DNA of 64,000 bases from an uncultured Planctomycetota bacterium (GCA_963823665.1 CAWGMQ010000004.1:800001-864000); one strand, 5' to 3'; positions 42,073-53,785 are shown, counted from the stretch's first letter. Numbers and translations: made by a program. The notes: generated from the letters alone by a model not told the origin.

Positions 42073-42702
42073 GTGGCAGTAGCAACCAAGAGTCAGAACA
42101 AGACGGGCTTCGTAAGAAAGTTTCTCCAGAACAATCCCCAAGCCAACGCCAGAGCTGTTAACGAGGCGTGGGCGGCTGCCGGGATGAAGGGAATGATCAG
42201 TCACCCGATCGTCAGCGAGATCCGAAAGCAACTGGGACTGACGGGCGATAAGGGTATGAAGACTAAAACAGCCGCCAAGGCAAAGCCAGCCACCAAAGCA
42301 CCCAAAAAATCCAGCAGCCCAGGCAAGACCATGTTCGTCAAGGAATTCTTGAACGACCATCCCGAAGGTAACCTCAAATCAGTGAACGAAGCGTGGCGAG
42401 CTGCCGGATTCAACGGGACCATCAGTAAGACCGTGCTTTACAAGGTGAAATCGTCGTTGGGTCTGACGGACAACCCCACGAAATCCAAGACATCCGCCAC
42501 AAGCAAGATACGAGTAACACCTCGTAAGGTGATCGCCCCTGCGGCCAATGTGCGTAGCGATCAGACGGCGATCCTGAACGAGCTGGAAGCCGATGTCGAT
42601 CGGCTGATCTTCAAGGCGATGGCGATTGGAAACCTGACCTTGTTTGAGGATATGTTGAGGCAGGCGAGAAGAGTGCTGTACGGTGCATTGACTGGAGGTT
42701 GA
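42073..42702 (+). CDS. Basic hypothetical protein with a tandem duplicated ~50-aa domain
   Basis: 'KT.FV..FL...P..N...VNEAW.AAG..G.IS...V..(I/V)...LGLT' twice; AAGGAG RBS. Confidence 0.75.
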   Translation: MAVATKSQNKTGFVRKFLQNNPQANARAVNEAWAAAGMKGMISHPIVSEIRKQLGLTGDKGMKTKTAAKAKPATKAPKKSSSPGKTMFVKEFLNDHPEGNLKSVNEAWRAAGFNGTISKTVLYKVKSSLGLTDNPTKSKTSATSKIRVTPRKVIAPAANVRSDQTAILNELEADVDRLIFKAMAIGNLTLFEDMLRQARRVLYGALTGG

Positions 42703-43111
42703 TAGACGAGCACGGGGTCACGCAGGCCAGAGTGGTGGGCTGCGTGTGCTTGGTGCTTGCTTCAATGAGCGGCTGCCAGGCCGAGCACCCGCATCCTGTC
42801 GCTGGTTGGTGCGCTGCAAGGGCGCGTCCCCCTGCCAACGGAACGTGGTCGACAGGATGGACACGCCGACAAGTCCGCCGATCCCGCCGACTATGCCACC
42901 GAGCGTAGCGATTTTGAGGATCTGGACCGACATCAACAGCAGTTGACTCATTAGCGTTCGTTTACATGTCACGGTCGTACCACTCCTCATTCGTCGCTCC
43001 GGGGCGTCGGACTCCGCAGAGCAAACTGCGAACGGGAAAGTGCCGTGACTCCCTGGCTCCCGTCGCCGGGGTAATCTTCACGCGCAAACTACAGATAACT
43101 GGCGGACTTGA

Positions 43112-43576
43112 TCAATCTGAAGACTGTGGCCCGAAATTCAAAGCAAAGTACGAAGATACGTCTCGCCTCCGTATGACGACCCCCGCTACCTTTGCGCAGA
43201 CCACAAACGCCGACGGACACACCAGGAGCAGCGCTATGACTGGCATGACCACGGCGAACGTACCGAGCGTACCCGCCAGTCCGTTATGGTTTTGCGGCGC
43301 AACCGGGGCAGGACTCATTTGCGACGTACATACCACGCACAGCAGCGAAAAGAAGAATAAACATACACCGGTCGCTATGCTCCCTGCCGCCCAGAGCAAT
43401 GATCGCCAACTAACGATGCTAGCAAGTGCAGGCAACAGAACGATTGAAATGCACCATGCAGTCAAAAACGCTTTGCCAATGGGCCCATACGCAACTGGCT
43501 GCGAGATTCTACCGAGCCCTGCAACGAGGATGATGACCGCACTGACAAATGTGTATTTCGCGATTCTCTGAAACAT
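43112..43576 (-). CDS. Hypothetical membrane protein
   Basis: 154-aa ORF with about 4 hydrophobic segments. Confidence 0.45.
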   Translation of the reverse strand: MFQRIAKYTFVSAVIILVAGLGRISQPVAYGPIGKAFLTAWCISIVLLPALASIVSWRSLLWAAGSIATGVCLFFFSLLCVVCTSQMSPAPVAPQNHNGLAGTLGTFAVVMPVIALLLVCPSAFVVCAKVAGVVIRRRDVSSYFALNFGPQSSD

Positions 43577-43765
43577 GTATGCCCAAGACTCATCCGTTCA
43601 GAAAGAATCGGGAGCAAGGATCATTCAGCGCAATCATGATGCGTCGACACTCAGCCGTCGAGCCCGGGGAGATTAACCAATCGACGCGTGATGTCGCGTA
43701 TCAACGATCCGCCCCCAAAATCGAGCCGCCCCCGGGCGCTTCTTGATCACGCTTTTCACATTCTC

Positions 43766-44200
43766 TCATTGTCCCGGGCCTCGACGCACGAGGTGCTTTA
43801 ATGGTGGAAGCAGTTCTAATGATCGTTCCCTGAGCTCGTCCATCGCGATCACCGTGTGTCGCAGCGCACAGTCCCGCGCGCTCTCCAAATCAAGAGACGC
43901 GAGACCGAACTCGCCTTGCATCGCACGCGCGAGGCTTCGATTGAAGCATGCTCTCGCCAGAAGCAAGCACACCGTTTTTTCGTGGTCGATCCCGGAAATT
44001 CGACCACACAGCGCGATGGCATTACGGTGGTCCCGAACAGCTTCGCGTAGATCCAACTGGCCACGATAGGAATTGCCCCGGCGAATCATGCAATCGGCCA
44101 GCATGATACCGGATTGCTCGCGCTTGCTTGGTTTCTGATGCTGACTCAGATAGATCTCGATCGCTCCGTCGAAATCAGCAACGGCGGAAGCGTGCAACAC
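43766..44200 (-). CDS. TPR-like helical hypothetical protein or fragment
   Basis: 'AVADFDGAIEI', 'RGNSY....LREAVRDH..AI', 'FNRSLA...GEF..A..DL'; start unclear. Confidence 0.35.
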   Translation of the reverse strand: MLHASAVADFDGAIEIYLSQHQKPSKREQSGIMLADCMIRRGNSYRGQLDLREAVRDHRNAIALCGRISGIDHEKTVCLLLARACFNRSLARAMQGEFGLASLDLESARDCALRHTVIAMDELRERSLELLPPLKHLVRRGPGQ

Positions 44201-44339
44201 ATGCGAGTGGTATCCAGATCCATAATCTCAGAGAGTGTTTCTTCATAAATGGCACGAGCAGGTATTCGTCGAAAGTCTCATCACTAGCTCACCTACATTG
44301 CGTCTGTCGCGACTTCGGCTTGGAAAGTTAATTGTCGTT

Positions 44340-44660
44340 GATCACCGCCTCGAGGAAGCGGCGGTCGAGTGGATTAGCCAGGCGGTCGCGGAGCAGGAAA
44401 TGGCGGGGATGCCCGACGGCGAGGTGTCGGCGCTCTGCGACGCGATGATCGGCGCCGATATTCAGGCGGAGTTGAGCGGTTTGCTATCGGCCGCCCGAGA
44501 GGGCACGTTGGGCGCGTCGGAGCTAGCGCGGCTCGACAAGCTCATCGTCCTCTATCGACGGGGATTAGTGCAGACGGCACGCGCGTGGAAGGAAGCAGTG
44601 GCGCACGGCCTCCGGGCGTCGGTGAATGATGCCGGGGCGGATGCTGGTTATGCCGAGTGA
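44340..44660 (+). pseudogene. N-terminally truncated antitoxin-like partner of the HNH gene
   Basis: 'EVSALCD...QAELSGLL...REG.L...E..RLD.L...YRRGLV..ARA..EAV..GL'; overlaps the HNH start. Confidence 0.5.
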
Positions 44661-44765
44661 TTGGGTTACGCCGGAGGTTGAACGGCGCGTTCGCGCGACC
44701 GCGGGAAATCGGTGCGGTTACTGTCTCAATCCGCAGCGCCTTGTGATGGCGCGACTGGAATTGCC
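44650..44765 (+). pseudogene. HNH endonuclease N-terminal fragment
   Basis: 'VERRVRATAGNRCGYCLNPQRLVMARLE' stops just before the expected 'EHI.P' motif. Confidence 0.6.
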
Positions 44766-45011
44766 TTCAAAGCGTCGGCAAAGCCGGCTTTGCGCGCGCA
44801 CCGCCGAATTGCCAGACTTCGGCCATTCCAACTGGCCCAAAGGCCTGGAGGATCGTCGCGCCCGGTGCTAAACCAGTCTAACAGAAGAGGCAAAGGTAAC
44901 GACGAGTGCGATCAGAGGCCGAGGAGAGAGCACGCGAGCAACTGAAAGTGCTCGTTGTCTGGACCTCTGTACAACGGCAGCGCAGATGGTGAACAGCGAT
45001 CGGGGCAGGTC

Positions 45012-45045
45012 GGTCAAGGAGCCCTTTGAAGGAAGCTCCTTGACC
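45012..45045 (-). terminator. Hairpin downstream of the RRM gene
   Basis: ggtcaaggagc ... gctccttgacc 11-bp stem, 20 nt after the stop. Confidence 0.55.
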
Positions 45046-45064
45046 CTGCAGCCGTATCGAATGC

Positions 45065-45445
45065 TCAATAACGCCGACCGCCGCCGCCACCGCCTCCATA
45101 ACCACCGCCACCGCCGCCGCCGCCGTAGCCGCCGCGACCTCCACCGCCACCACCGCCGTAGCCGCCGCGGCCACCGCCACCGCCGCCCCCACGCTCCTCA
45201 CGTGGCTTGGCTTCGTTGACCGTCAGCCGCCGCCCGTCATGCTCGTGGTCATTGAGTGCCGAAATCGCCGCCTGCGCTTCGGCGTCGGACCCCATCTCCA
45301 CGAAGCCAAACCCCTTGGATCGGTTGGTGGCCCGATCGACGATGACCTGTGCGCTCTGGACAGTGCCGAACGGCATGAACAGCGCTTCCAGGTCGGACTC
45401 GTTGACGTTGTAAGTCAGGTTGCCCACATACAGCTTCTTACCCAC
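45065..45445 (-). CDS. RRM RNA-binding protein with Gly-rich tail
   Basis: RNP2 'LYVGNL', RNP1 'KGFGFVEM', 'GRRLTVNEAKPRE', GGGGRGGY tail; GTG start with GGAG. Confidence 0.93.
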   Translation of the reverse strand: MGKKLYVGNLTYNVNESDLEALFMPFGTVQSAQVIVDRATNRSKGFGFVEMGSDAEAQAAISALNDHEHDGRRLTVNEAKPREERGGGGGGGRGGYGGGGGGGRGGYGGGGGGGGYGGGGGGGRRY

Positions 45446-45607
45446 GATCGAACTCCGAAACGAAAAGCTGATGACCCTTGGGATGCTTTCAGGGTCGAGA
45501 GAAAGGGGCTTCCGTTGAAGCCCATTCGGTGGATAAGACGAGGGAGAAGCCTCGACCGGATCGGGAAGACCTAGCGGTTCCACTCGGTCGTCAAACCAAC
45601 CGACCAG

Positions 45608-45616
45608 AGCATAACA
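45608..45616 (-). promoter_or_regulatory. Putative extended -10 for the RRM gene
   Basis: TGTTATGCT on the minus strand, ~160 nt upstream of the start. Confidence 0.3.
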
Positions 45617-46577
45617 AGTAATGGAAAGGATTAACAGATTCTATCGCAGATGCGCGCCGAGGTGAGCGGAGGAATTCCAAATCTTTGCGCAACTGGATCC
45701 CGGTGCGCAAAGGGGGTGCATGCCACTCGAATACTGCCACATTCGAATCGCGGATGTTGTTCCATAATGTGTGACGGGCGGATTCAAATGATATCCGCGC
45801 CTGTTGTCGGGCGTGACCCGCTGGACTAAAACGGTGCGTGGTCTGGGAGGCTCGCTATCACGTGGAAGGTTGCTCGCACGCGGTCTCTCGCGCATGGGTC
45901 GTCAGCCTAAAAACCTGACCTACGGGAACGTGGGGGCGTTCCCTTAGTGCTTATAGAGCAAGGACCATCGTCGAATGTTCAAAACGAAGTCCATCCCGTA
46001 ACCGATCCATGTTGCGAGGACAACAGTCGGGTTAGGTAAAATAGATAAAATGAGTAGTTTGGTCGGCTTGGAGGTCTGGGATGTGGTATACTGTGTGGTA
46101 GGCGGGATTGTCCGGCATGACTGGGGGTTGGGCCTCCGGTTCTGGGCACTTCGCTCGCCGGGCTGGGCGCTGTTTTGCCGAGCCGCGGCGCCGATGCGAG
46201 AATCCTTGCTCACAGCACTTTTGGCGGGCACTCGTGCCAAGGAGTGAGCCACGCCATTGACGTGTGGACCGTGCTCAACTTGGGAGCCTATCTTGCTCGA
46301 TATCGCAACGACGCCGGTGCAACGGATTCGTACATCGCCACGGCGTTTTCCGCATGCGTGTTTCGCCCGTCGGTCGCCAGTCGGTGCGAGAATTCGACGG
46401 AAGGTGTTGATCTGGCCGGAGAACGGCGATTTGAAATGACACCAGTTTTGTCGTATAGAGTGACAATTAGTGCCAGATAGTGCCATTCTTCCAGAGCCTC
46501 AAATGCCGCGTTGCACTCCGCTGTGTTTTTCCATGTCGCATGAGAGCGAGTCGTAGCTTCCAGAAAGGACCTGAGTC

Positions 46578-48541
46578 TTGGAAACACACAAGTATGTCTG
46601 GAAGCCGTCGCCGGAGGTCATTGAGAACGCAAACATCACGCGCTTGATGCGCCGGCATGGGATCGCCGGATATCGCGAGTTGATCGCGAAGTCGATTGAC
46701 GAGGTCGAATGGTTCTGGAACGCGGTCGTCGAGGATTTGCAGATTGAGTTCTTCCGGCCGTTCGATCGGGTGATGGACTCAAGCGGAGGAATTGCCTGGA
46801 CCCGATGGTTCTGCGGCGGAACGATCAACCTGGCCCATCAGTGCCTGGACCGGCACGCTCGGTCCGCTCGCCGCAATCACCCGGCGGTGATTTCGGAAGG
46901 AGAGGATGGGGTTGCTCGCTGCCTGTCGTACGGCGAGCTGCAAACGGAGACTTGCCGGCTGGCCAATGCGCTCGCGGGCCTCGGCATCGGCCATGGTGAC
47001 GCCATCGGCCTGTTCTTGCCGATGATTCCCGAAGCCGTGATCGGCTTCCTCGCGTGCGCCAAGCTGGGCGCGATTGCCGTACCGATCTTCTCGGGTTTCG
47101 GGGCGCAAGCCGTCGCGGCGCGGCTGACGGATTGTCAAGCCAAGGCTGTGCTCACGGCCAGCGGAAGCTGGCGGCGGGGCCATGCGATCGGCATGCAAGG
47201 CGTTGCTCTGGACGCGGCCGCGGCGTGCCCCAGCGTGCGCCACGTCATCGTGTCGCGACGAGAGGGCGGAACTGAGTCATGTGCGGACGCATCGCGTTGT
47301 CTCGATTGGGGGGAGCTTGTGCGCCCGGAATCGCCGGAACGGGCATCAACAGCGCTCGACCCGGAGACGCCGTTCATGATCGCCTACACATCGGGAACGA
47401 CGGGGCGGCCCAAGGGGGCGGTGCACGTGCACGGGGGGTTTCTGGTCAAGATCGCGTCGGAAGTCGCCTACCAGGTGGATATGCACGCAGACGACCGGTT
47501 GTTCTGGGTGACGGATCTGGGCTGGATCATGGGGCCGTGGGAGATCACGGGGGCACTGGCGGCCGGCGGCACGGTCGTGCTCGCCGAGGGTGCGCCGGAT
47601 TATCCAGCACCGGACCGTATCTGGTCGATCGTCCAGCGGCATGGTGTGACCATTTTGGGAGTGTCGCCGACGTTGATTCGCGCGCTCATGAGGCATGGCG
47701 CACAACCGGTTGCCGCGCATGATCTGAGCGGGCTGCGGATTCTCGCCTCGACGGGCGAGGCGTGGGATCCGGAATCGTGGCGGTGGCTATTCGAGAAGGC
47801 CGGGGGAGGCCGGTGTCCGATCATCAACATCTCGGGAGGAACGGAGGTCGGCGCGTGCCTGCTTTCCGCGCTGCCGATCACGCCGCTGAAGCCGTGCTCG
47901 CTGGTCGGACCGGCGCTGGCGATGGCCGTGGATGTTTATGATCCGGAGGGCAAGCCGCTGCGCGAGGGTGTCGGCGAGCTCGTCTGCACCAAGCCATGGC
48001 CGGCGATGACCCGCGGGATCTGGGGCGATCCGGACCGGTACTTGGCCACTTATTGGTCGCGATGGCCGGATGTCTGGGTGCATGGTGACTGGGCGTCGAT
48101 CGATGCAGACGGCGACTGGTTCCTTCATGGTCGCAGCGACGACACGCTCAACGTGGCGGGCAAGCGGCTGGGGCCGGCCGAGGTCGAGTCGATTCTCGCC
48201 GAGGACGACGCGGTCGCCGAATCGGCGGCGGTTGGAGTGCCCGATGACCTCAAGGGAGAAGTCATTTTATGCTTCGCTGTGCTCAAGCCCGGCCACGTTG
48301 GGAGCGCGGAACTTCGAGGCGAGCTTCGCGAGCGGGTGGCGCGGCGCTGGGGAAATCGTTCGCCCCGGAGGATGTCCGGTTCGTGACCGAGCTACCGAAG
48401 ACGCGTAGCGGCAAGATCCTGAGGCGCGTGATCCGAAAGGTCGCGCTGGGCCAGGATCCCGGGGATCTGTCGAGCATCGAGAACCTGGGGGCGCTTGAGG
48501 TGATCTCAAATACTAGTGATCCTCCGGGAAATCGTGCATGA
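46578..48541 (+). CDS. Acetate/acyl-CoA ligase (AMP-forming), frameshift ~48340
   Basis: 'YTSGTTGRPKG', 'TDLGWIMG', 'SGGTE', 'GRSDD', 'LPKTRSGKILRR'. Confidence 0.9.
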
Positions 48542-51500
48542 AGCGGGCGGCGTAGTTGGTGCCCTCGACCAGGTGGTCGTCTTCTCCGGTCTGCGTGGCC
48601 GCGCGGGGCGGGGAAGTAGCTGTAGAGGATCGGCATCATGTACCGGGTGAGGAACAGGGTGCAGAGCATGGCCCCGACGACAACGATCGCGAGTGGCTTC
48701 TGAGCTTGCGAGCCGATCGACGTGGCGATGGCGGCGGGGAAGAGGCCGAGTGCAGCGGTGAGCGAGGTCATCACCACTGGCCGCACGCGGAGCTCGGGGC
48801 CGCGGAGGCAGGTCTCCCACACCGAGTAGCCGCGGGCGCGCATCTGGTTGCAGTAGGTGACGAGGAGCACGCCGTCCTGGACGGCCACGCCGAAGACCGA
48901 GACGAATCCAACGGCGCCGGAGATGCTGAAATGCGTGCCGGTAAAGTACAGAGCAAACACGCCACCCATGGCGGCTTCGAGGACGTTGACCATCACCAGC
49001 AGGCAGTCTTTGATCGAGGAGAACATCGAATACAAGAGCATGATGATCAGGGCCAGGGAGAGGGGGATGATCCAGAGCAGTCGGCTGTTGGCTTCTTGCA
49101 TCTGCTCGAATTCACCGGACCACTTCATGTCGTAGCCGGGCGGAAGCGCGACGCCGGTCTTGGGGTCGTTCACCTTGCTCATCGCTTCGGCGATCGCCGA
49201 GGCCAGGTCGCGGTCGCGCACGCTGAACTTGATCGGAATGAAACGGCGGTTGTTTTCGCGGTAGACGTAAGAAGCCCCCGGCTTGTGGGCGACCATGTGC
49301 GTCAACTGAGAGAGCGGAATCCGGTAACCCGGGCTCGAATCGTCGGCGCCGGGGACGTCGACCAGAATCCGGTTGATCACCTCGGGATCGTCACGAAGCT
49401 CCGGCGGCAGGCGCAAGGTGATGTCGAAGAGCTTCTCGCCTTCGACCATCTGGGTGAACGCCTCGCCGCCGATGGCTGCCTGCACGACACGTTCGACATC
49501 GTAGACATTCACTCCGTGGCGGGCGCAGAGCGTGCGGTCGATCTCGATTTCGAGATTGGGCTGGCCGACGATGTGAAAGAGGCCGACGTTCTCGATACCG
49601 GGCACAGTTTTCAGGATGTTCGCGATGCGCTGGCCGAGCTGCTCGAGAGTCTGGAGATTCGAGCCGATGATCTTGACCGAGTTGGCCCCCTTGACGCCGG
49701 AGAGGGCTTCTTCGACGTTATCGCGAATGTACTGCGAGAAATTGAAGTTGAAACCGGGGTAGTCCTTGAACTTCTTCATCAGCTCCTTCTCGATGTCCTC
49801 GCGGGAGATCGTCGCATCCCAGAGCCTGTAGCCGAAGAGATAGAAGGGCGTTTTTCGCCATTCCTCCATCGGCTTCAAGGGAGCGCCGATTTCCAGATTG
49901 AAGAAGCCGGTCACGTCGGTGCCGTCGTCGGGCCGGCCGACCTGGGAGATCACGCGGCTGACCTCGGGGATCGACGCGACGACTTCGCGCAGTTGCGGTG
50001 CCAGCTTGGCGGCGGCCTCCATCGAGGTCGTGCGGGGCAGCGTCGCTCGGATCCAGAGATAACCTTCCTCGAGCGGGGGCATGAACTCACCCCCCAGGTG
50101 AGGGATCAGGAACAGCGTGTAGACGAACAGCCCGATCATGACCGCGAGCGTGAGCATTCGATGCCGGAGAACCCAGGAGAGTGCCTTCAGGTACCTGAGC
50201 TTCATCAGGCGGTCGAGCATCGTGTCGGGGGCTTCCTTCTTGTTCACGAAGAAGAACGAGCACAGCACCGGCGCGAGTGTGACGGCCATCAGCAAGGCGC
50301 CGCAGATGGCGAAGGCGTACGTGTTGGCCATCGGTCCGAAGAGCGCGCCTTCGGGCCCGGACATCGAGAAAAGGGGGATGAAGGCGCAGACGATGATGGT
50401 CGTCGAATAGAAGAGCGCTCGCTCGATCTCACTGGAGGCATCGATGATCCGGTCGATCAAGGATCGCGAGCGGTCGACGCCTGGCGCGGTGATGTGGCGA
50501 TAGATGTTCTCGACGATGATCGTCGAGCTGTCGACGATGATTCCGAAATCGACCGCGCCGATCGAGAGCAGGTTGGCCGACTTGCCCTGCACGTAAAGGA
50601 CAGTGATCGAGAAGAACAGCGCGAGCGGAATCATGATGGCCACGATGGCGGCGCTTGCGATATCACCGAGGAATATGAACAGGATGCCGATGACAAGACC
50701 CATGCCCACGAGCAGGTTATGCAGCACGTTGTGCTTGGTCACGTTTACCAGCTCGCTGCGCTCGTTGAAGATGGTGATCGTCATTCCGGGCGGGAGAATG
50801 CCCGTTTTCTGGATCTCGGCGATCTTTTCCTTGACCGCGTCGGAGACGGTGATCGATTTTTCGTACTTGCGCATCAGGACGATGCCCTCGACGACGTCGT
50901 TTTCCTTCTTGATGGGCAAGTGGCGGCCGACGATACCCAGGCGCGGCTGATGCCCTTCCAGAACCTTGGCGACGTGGCTGACCAGAATCGGGTTACCCTG
51001 GTACTGGGCGACGACGACGTTGCGAATATCGTCGAGCTTGTTGTCGATGCAGCTCGGCGCGGTTGGGGAACAGCGAGGGCTCGAGGGGATCGATCCCCTT
51101 ACCGAGCAACCCGATGCCGCGAACGATGTGGGACTGGCTTCCGAGGGTGAGGATGTTTCCCGAAACGTTGGCATTCGACTTCTGAATTGCGTCCTGCACT
51201 TGCTGGAGGGTGATGCTGTAGTGATTCAGCTGCATCGGGTCGACCAGCACCAGGTATTGCTTGACGGTCCCGCCGAAGCCGGTCACGTCGATCACGCCGG
51301 GAACCGTTTTCAGGGCGCGCTGGACGACCCAGTCCTGGACGGCCTTGATCTCGTTCAAGGTGTAGCCGGGCCCCTCGAGCACGTAGCGCACGATTTCGCC
51401 GGTCGGGCTCCACGGCGAAAGCACGGGATTAACGCCCGCCGGCAGGTTGGAGAGGGAGTTCATGCGGTTGATCACCTCCTGGCGGGCTCTCCAGTAGTCG

Positions 51501-51802
51501 GTGTCGTAGGTGAACTGGCACTTGACGTCGGTCAGCCCGGCGATCGACGTGCTGCGGAGGTCTTCGAGACCGGGCATACCGTTGAGCGCGATTTCGATCG
51601 GAATGCCGACGAGGCGCTCCATTTCCTCGGGGTTGGCGCCGGGGTTCTGGGCGATGACCTCGACCAGGGGGGGCGTCGGGTCGGGATAGGCCTCGACGTT
51701 CAGATTCCGCGCCGAATGAATGCCTGCGACAATCAAGACGACCGTGGCCAGAATGACGATCAGGCGGTTGTGCAGGCTCCAGGTGATGATCGCACGGACC
51801 AT
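48513..51802 (-). CDS. CusA/CzcA-family RND efflux transporter (frameshifts ~51050, ~48590)
   Basis: 'EAYPD', 'GAVDFGIIVD', 'GPEGALFGPMA', 'GRPDDGTD', 'FGVAVQDG', 'RVRPVVMT', 'GSQAQKPLA'. Confidence 0.92.
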
Positions 51803-52351
51803 GATTCGTCGACCTCAATCGAAGCGGCACAGGGTGTCTTTCGGGTGGACTGCGTCGGGGAAGGACGGGGCTGCGGAGAGCGGCAGATCGCCGGCGATAC
51901 CCGGGGCCACTCCACCCCGCTCTTGTTTACCACGGAGAATCCCACCCGGATCGTTCAGACGTTTAGCATAGTTGGCAGCGCGAACGGGAACAAGGGAGGA
52001 CGATGGCAATGTGAACCCTCGGGCGCTGGGAGCGCGAGTGGCTGCCTATCGCGGGTTCGACCGGATTCTTGTGGCGGAATGCGGGCCCTCCCTGGCGCCG
52101 CCTTGGCCGAGCCTCTGCGATTTCGCGCCTCTTTACAGGACGGAGCCAATCCTTGATAATCTAACCCGGTAACCGGATGGTTCGTTCACTTCAAATGGTT
52201 AAATCCATTCCCTCTAGAGCGGGCTGCCACGCCGTGGGTGATTGCTCGTTGCCGTTCCTGACGCGACGCGACAAAGCGGTCCGTTTTCGTTTGGGCGAAT
52301 CCTTCCGGAAATCGTAGAAACGGATATGCTCCGTTTCGTGGAGGTCAGTCG

Positions 52352-53785
52352 ATGAATACTGCTCAAACCCAGCCAGCACATCACACGGATTCAGAACCGG
52401 AACCGGTCGCCGCTCTGGAGGGCCCGGAAGTGCACGAGCGTGAGGCCGCACCACCGCGGCGATCGAACGGGAAACTCTGGTTTCTGCTGTTCGCAATCTC
52501 TCTTGTCGGCGCGGGGGGGATTTACGTCTGGCAGGTTGGGCCGGAACGGGCCCGACATGACGCGGAGCGCATTCTGGCCTACGTGCAGCAGCACAACCCC
52601 ACGAACACGAAGAGTATTTCCGCGCCGCAACCGCCGGAGGAAGCAACGGCCGCAGCGCCGTGGGACGGCTTCGTTCGGATTACGCTCGAAGACGCCAAGA
52701 CGATCGGGCTGGTTGTGGTTTCGGTGCACCCGCAGGCTGATCCGATCAGGCTACCCCTGATGGGGCGCACGGATTACGATCCGAACAGCCTATCCAAGAT
52801 ACGTCCGAGATTCGATACACTCGTCGAGAAGGTGCGGGTGGAGAGGGGCCAAAAGGTCACGATCGGAGCGCCTCTGGTCGATCTGTTCAGTACCGAGCTC
52901 GCGGCGGCCAAGAACGACTTCCAGACCGCCTACGTGCAATGGGTACACGACCAGAATCTGCTCAGGATGAAGAAGAGGCTCCTCGTTGAGAAGGCCGCGT
53001 CGGAGCAGGTGGTGATCGATGCCCAGAACGACGAGAGCAAGAGCCGGCTGACCGCGGCAACCGCCAAAGAGAAATTGAAGGTATTCGGAGTCTCGGAAGA
53101 ACAGATCGAGTTATTGACCAAGAACCTCGGTAACGCGCCGATGCCCGAAGAGTTGCACGTAATCAGTGACAAGGCGCGGATGACGCGTCTTTCGCCGGTC
53201 GAAGGGAGCGTCATTCAGCGGGACGCCGTCCCGGGCAATCTTTATGACAACAACGACGTGCTCCTCACGATCGCGCCGCTCGACCACTTGTTTGTGTGGG
53301 TGAACGTCTACGAAGCCGACCAGGCGAAGGTCGCGGTGGGGCAGGAGATGGAGATTCGATTCCCATACCTGGACAAGACGGTCCCGTCGAAGGTCGAGTA
53401 TATTGCGAGTGAGGTGTCGAAGGACACACGCGCGATCTTGCTGCGAACGTCCGTGCCGAACATCGACGGCAAGCTGAAGGCCGACATGCTGGTGCGGGCG
53501 ACGCTCATGATTCCGCCAGTCACCGGCCAGACAGTGATCCCCCGCCAGGCGATGGTCGTCATGAACGGCGCGGAATATGCATTCGTTCAGAAGGCCGAGC
53601 AAGGCGACACACGCATTCAGCAATTCGAGCGCCGGCCGCTGGTTGTCGCGGAAGAGCGCGACGACCACGTTGTGGTACAAAGCGGCTTGAAACCAGGTGA
53701 ACACGTCGCATCCAACGGAGCACTGGTTCTGGCCCAACTGTACGAAGATCAGCAGATGATTGCGACTGGAATGCCGCTCAAATGA
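52352..53785 (+). CDS. RND periplasmic adaptor (CusB/CzcB-like MFP)
   Basis: N-terminal TM; 'KIRPRF..LVEKV.V..GQ.V..G.PL', 'SPVEG.V', 'GKLKADML', 'GLKPGE.V..NGA'. Confidence 0.9.
   Translation: MNTAQTQPAHHTDSEPEPVAALEGPEVHEREAAPPRRSNGKLWFLLFAISLVGAGGIYVWQVGPERARHDAERILAYVQQHNPTNTKSISAPQPPEEATAAAPWDGFVRITLEDAKTIGLVVVSVHPQADPIRLPLMGRTDYDPNSLSKIRPRFDTLVEKVRVERGQKVTIGAPLVDLFSTELAAAKNDFQTAYVQWVHDQNLLRMKKRLLVEKAASEQVVIDAQNDESKSRLTAATAKEKLKVFGVSEEQIELLTKNLGNAPMPEELHVISDKARMTRLSPVEGSVIQRDAVPGNLYDNNDVLLTIAPLDHLFVWVNVYEADQAKVAVGQEMEIRFPYLDKTVPSKVEYIASEVSKDTRAILLRTSVPNIDGKLKADMLVRATLMIPPVTGQTVIPRQAMVVMNGAEYAFVQKAEQGDTRIQQFERRPLVVAEERDDHVVVQSGLKPGEHVASNGALVLAQLYEDQQMIATGMPLK

Noticed and set aside
42718..42990. 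Small membrane protein ORF
   Set aside because: One hydrophobic stretch only, no recognisable family or clear RBS
46462..46490. Sigma-54 promoter (TGGCAC on the minus strand)
   Set aside because: GG-to-GC spacing does not fit -24/-12 for either TGGCAC
48556..51150. 864-aa plus-strand ORF
   Set aside because: Antisense shadow of the CusA-family gene in high-GC DNA; no motifs
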